Source: a virus (Duplodnaviria > Caudoviricetes). From it: a DNA stretch of 24,043 nt. Shown piece after piece: positions 23,251-24,043 of this stretch. The position numbers were made by a program, and so were the translations under genes. The notes beneath the pieces are model-generated. The model searched no databases, had not been told where the DNA came from, and saw only the letters and a program-made list of their open reading frames with translations. Position 1 is the first letter of the stretch. The number at the start of each line of letters is the position of its first letter. The stretch is from positions 1-24,043 of IMG/VR virus record IMGVR_UViG_3300034355_000015, one strand, 5' to 3'.

Positions 23251-24043
23251 ATGTGTGGAATCGCAGGCTTCTGCCTCAACCCAAAGCACAATCAGAATCA
23301 AACAGACCTTGCAGCACAAATGCTCATGGACATCGAGCATCGTGGGCAAGATGCAACAGGTGTTGCTTGGATTAACCCAGCCTCAGGCAATCGGGTAATC
23401 ACAAAGGCACCGCTATCAGCAACTAAGTTCATCGCAACAGATGCAGGCAGGCGCTTATGTTTAAACGCACAGACTGCTATCTTGCACACTCGTTGGGCAA
23501 CTCAAGGTTCACCAAAGGTGAGCGACAACAACCACCCAATTCCTCGTGGCAAAATCGTGCTCACTCACAACGGACACATCAGCAACGATGACCAATTGTT
23601 TAAACAACTTAAGGTCAAGCGCCATGGACAGGTAGACAGCGAGGCAGTGGCTGCACTAATTGCCTTTACCGCAGCGCCTATCACCGAGGTGTTGGCTCGT
23701 GTTCAAGGCACTGCTGCACTGGCTTGGATTGAGCAGGGCAAGGGCAACACACTGCATCTTGCTCGTGTTAACTCCTCACCCCTATGGATTGGGCAAACCA
23801 AATCAGGTTCCCTTGTTTACGGCTCAACTCAAGAGACAATCGAGAACGCAGCAATCATGCTCGACTCAGACCTTGATTGGGAATACACCGCAGCCGAGGG
23901 TGAATACTTCAAGGTTAAGAACGGCAAGATTGTGGAGCATCAGAACTTCGAGCCGTTTAGACAGGTCTATACAAACAACTGGCGTGGGTTCGGTAGATTA
24001 ACCGATGCAGAACTCGACAAGTATTGGGCTGACCAAGATGAAC
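23251..24043 (+). CDS. Class II (Ntn) glutamine amidotransferase; runs off the right edge; missing from the ORF track
   Basis: Manual translation gives MCGIAG (catalytic N-terminal Cys), HRGQDATG, HTRWATQGS, NNHP, THNGHI and VDSE; RBS GGAG. Confidence 0.92.
   Translation, partial: MCGIAGFCLNPKHNQNQTDLAAQMLMDIEHRGQDATGVAWINPASGNRVITKAPLSATKFIATDAGRRLCLNAQTAILHTRWATQGSPKVSDNNHPIPRGKIVLTHNGHISNDDQLFKQLKVKRHGQVDSEAVAALIAFTAAPITEVLARVQGTAALAWIEQGKGNTLHLARVNSSPLWIGQTKSGSLVYGSTQETIENAAIMLDSDLDWEYTAAEGEYFKVKNGKIVEHQNFEPFRQVYTNNWRGFGRLTDAELDKYWADQDE

Noticed and set aside
21076-23605. GTTTAAAC (PmeI site) as a cloning or assembly artefact
   Set aside because: Sites sit in frame within intact genes with unique flanks, and reading frames continue through them.
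23660-24001. 113-aa plus-strand ORF
   Set aside because: Out-of-frame overlap with the GATase starting at 23251.

Overview
A 24-kb piece of a tailed dsDNA phage, most likely podovirus-like. The gene set, moderate GC and a LysM virion protein suggest a low-GC freshwater actinobacterial host, but that is inference. Bases 1-20746 are one minus-strand late operon: HTH-fused large terminase, portal, two small proteins, four putative internal/ejection proteins (a 2020-aa polyvalent-like protein, 415 aa, 334 aa, LysM-(TP)13 protein), scaffold, major capsid protein with an inserted beta domain, small head/tail genes, an HslV/proteasome-beta-like Ntn protease, several tiny basic or Cys proteins, a tail adaptor and a truncated Ala/Ser/Thr-repeat fibre. 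A repeat-rich divergent control region (about 20750-21580) is followed by a plus-strand, probably early, operon: degenerate SprT-like protein, COOH-NH2 amidoligase, two microproteins and a class II glutamine amidotransferase. The most notable signals are: (1) the palindrome GTTTAAAC occurs at least 21 times, 11 of them in 2.5 kb of the early region and one inside the predicted early promoter, in a genome that otherwise appears to avoid several 4-bp palindromes; (2) a 46-nt tRNA mimic without an anticodon arm inside the amidoligase operon; (3) a structured RNA leader before the scaffold gene; (4) ART-like and second enzyme-like domains inserted in the giant virion protein. All family calls come from motif recognition by eye, not from database searches.
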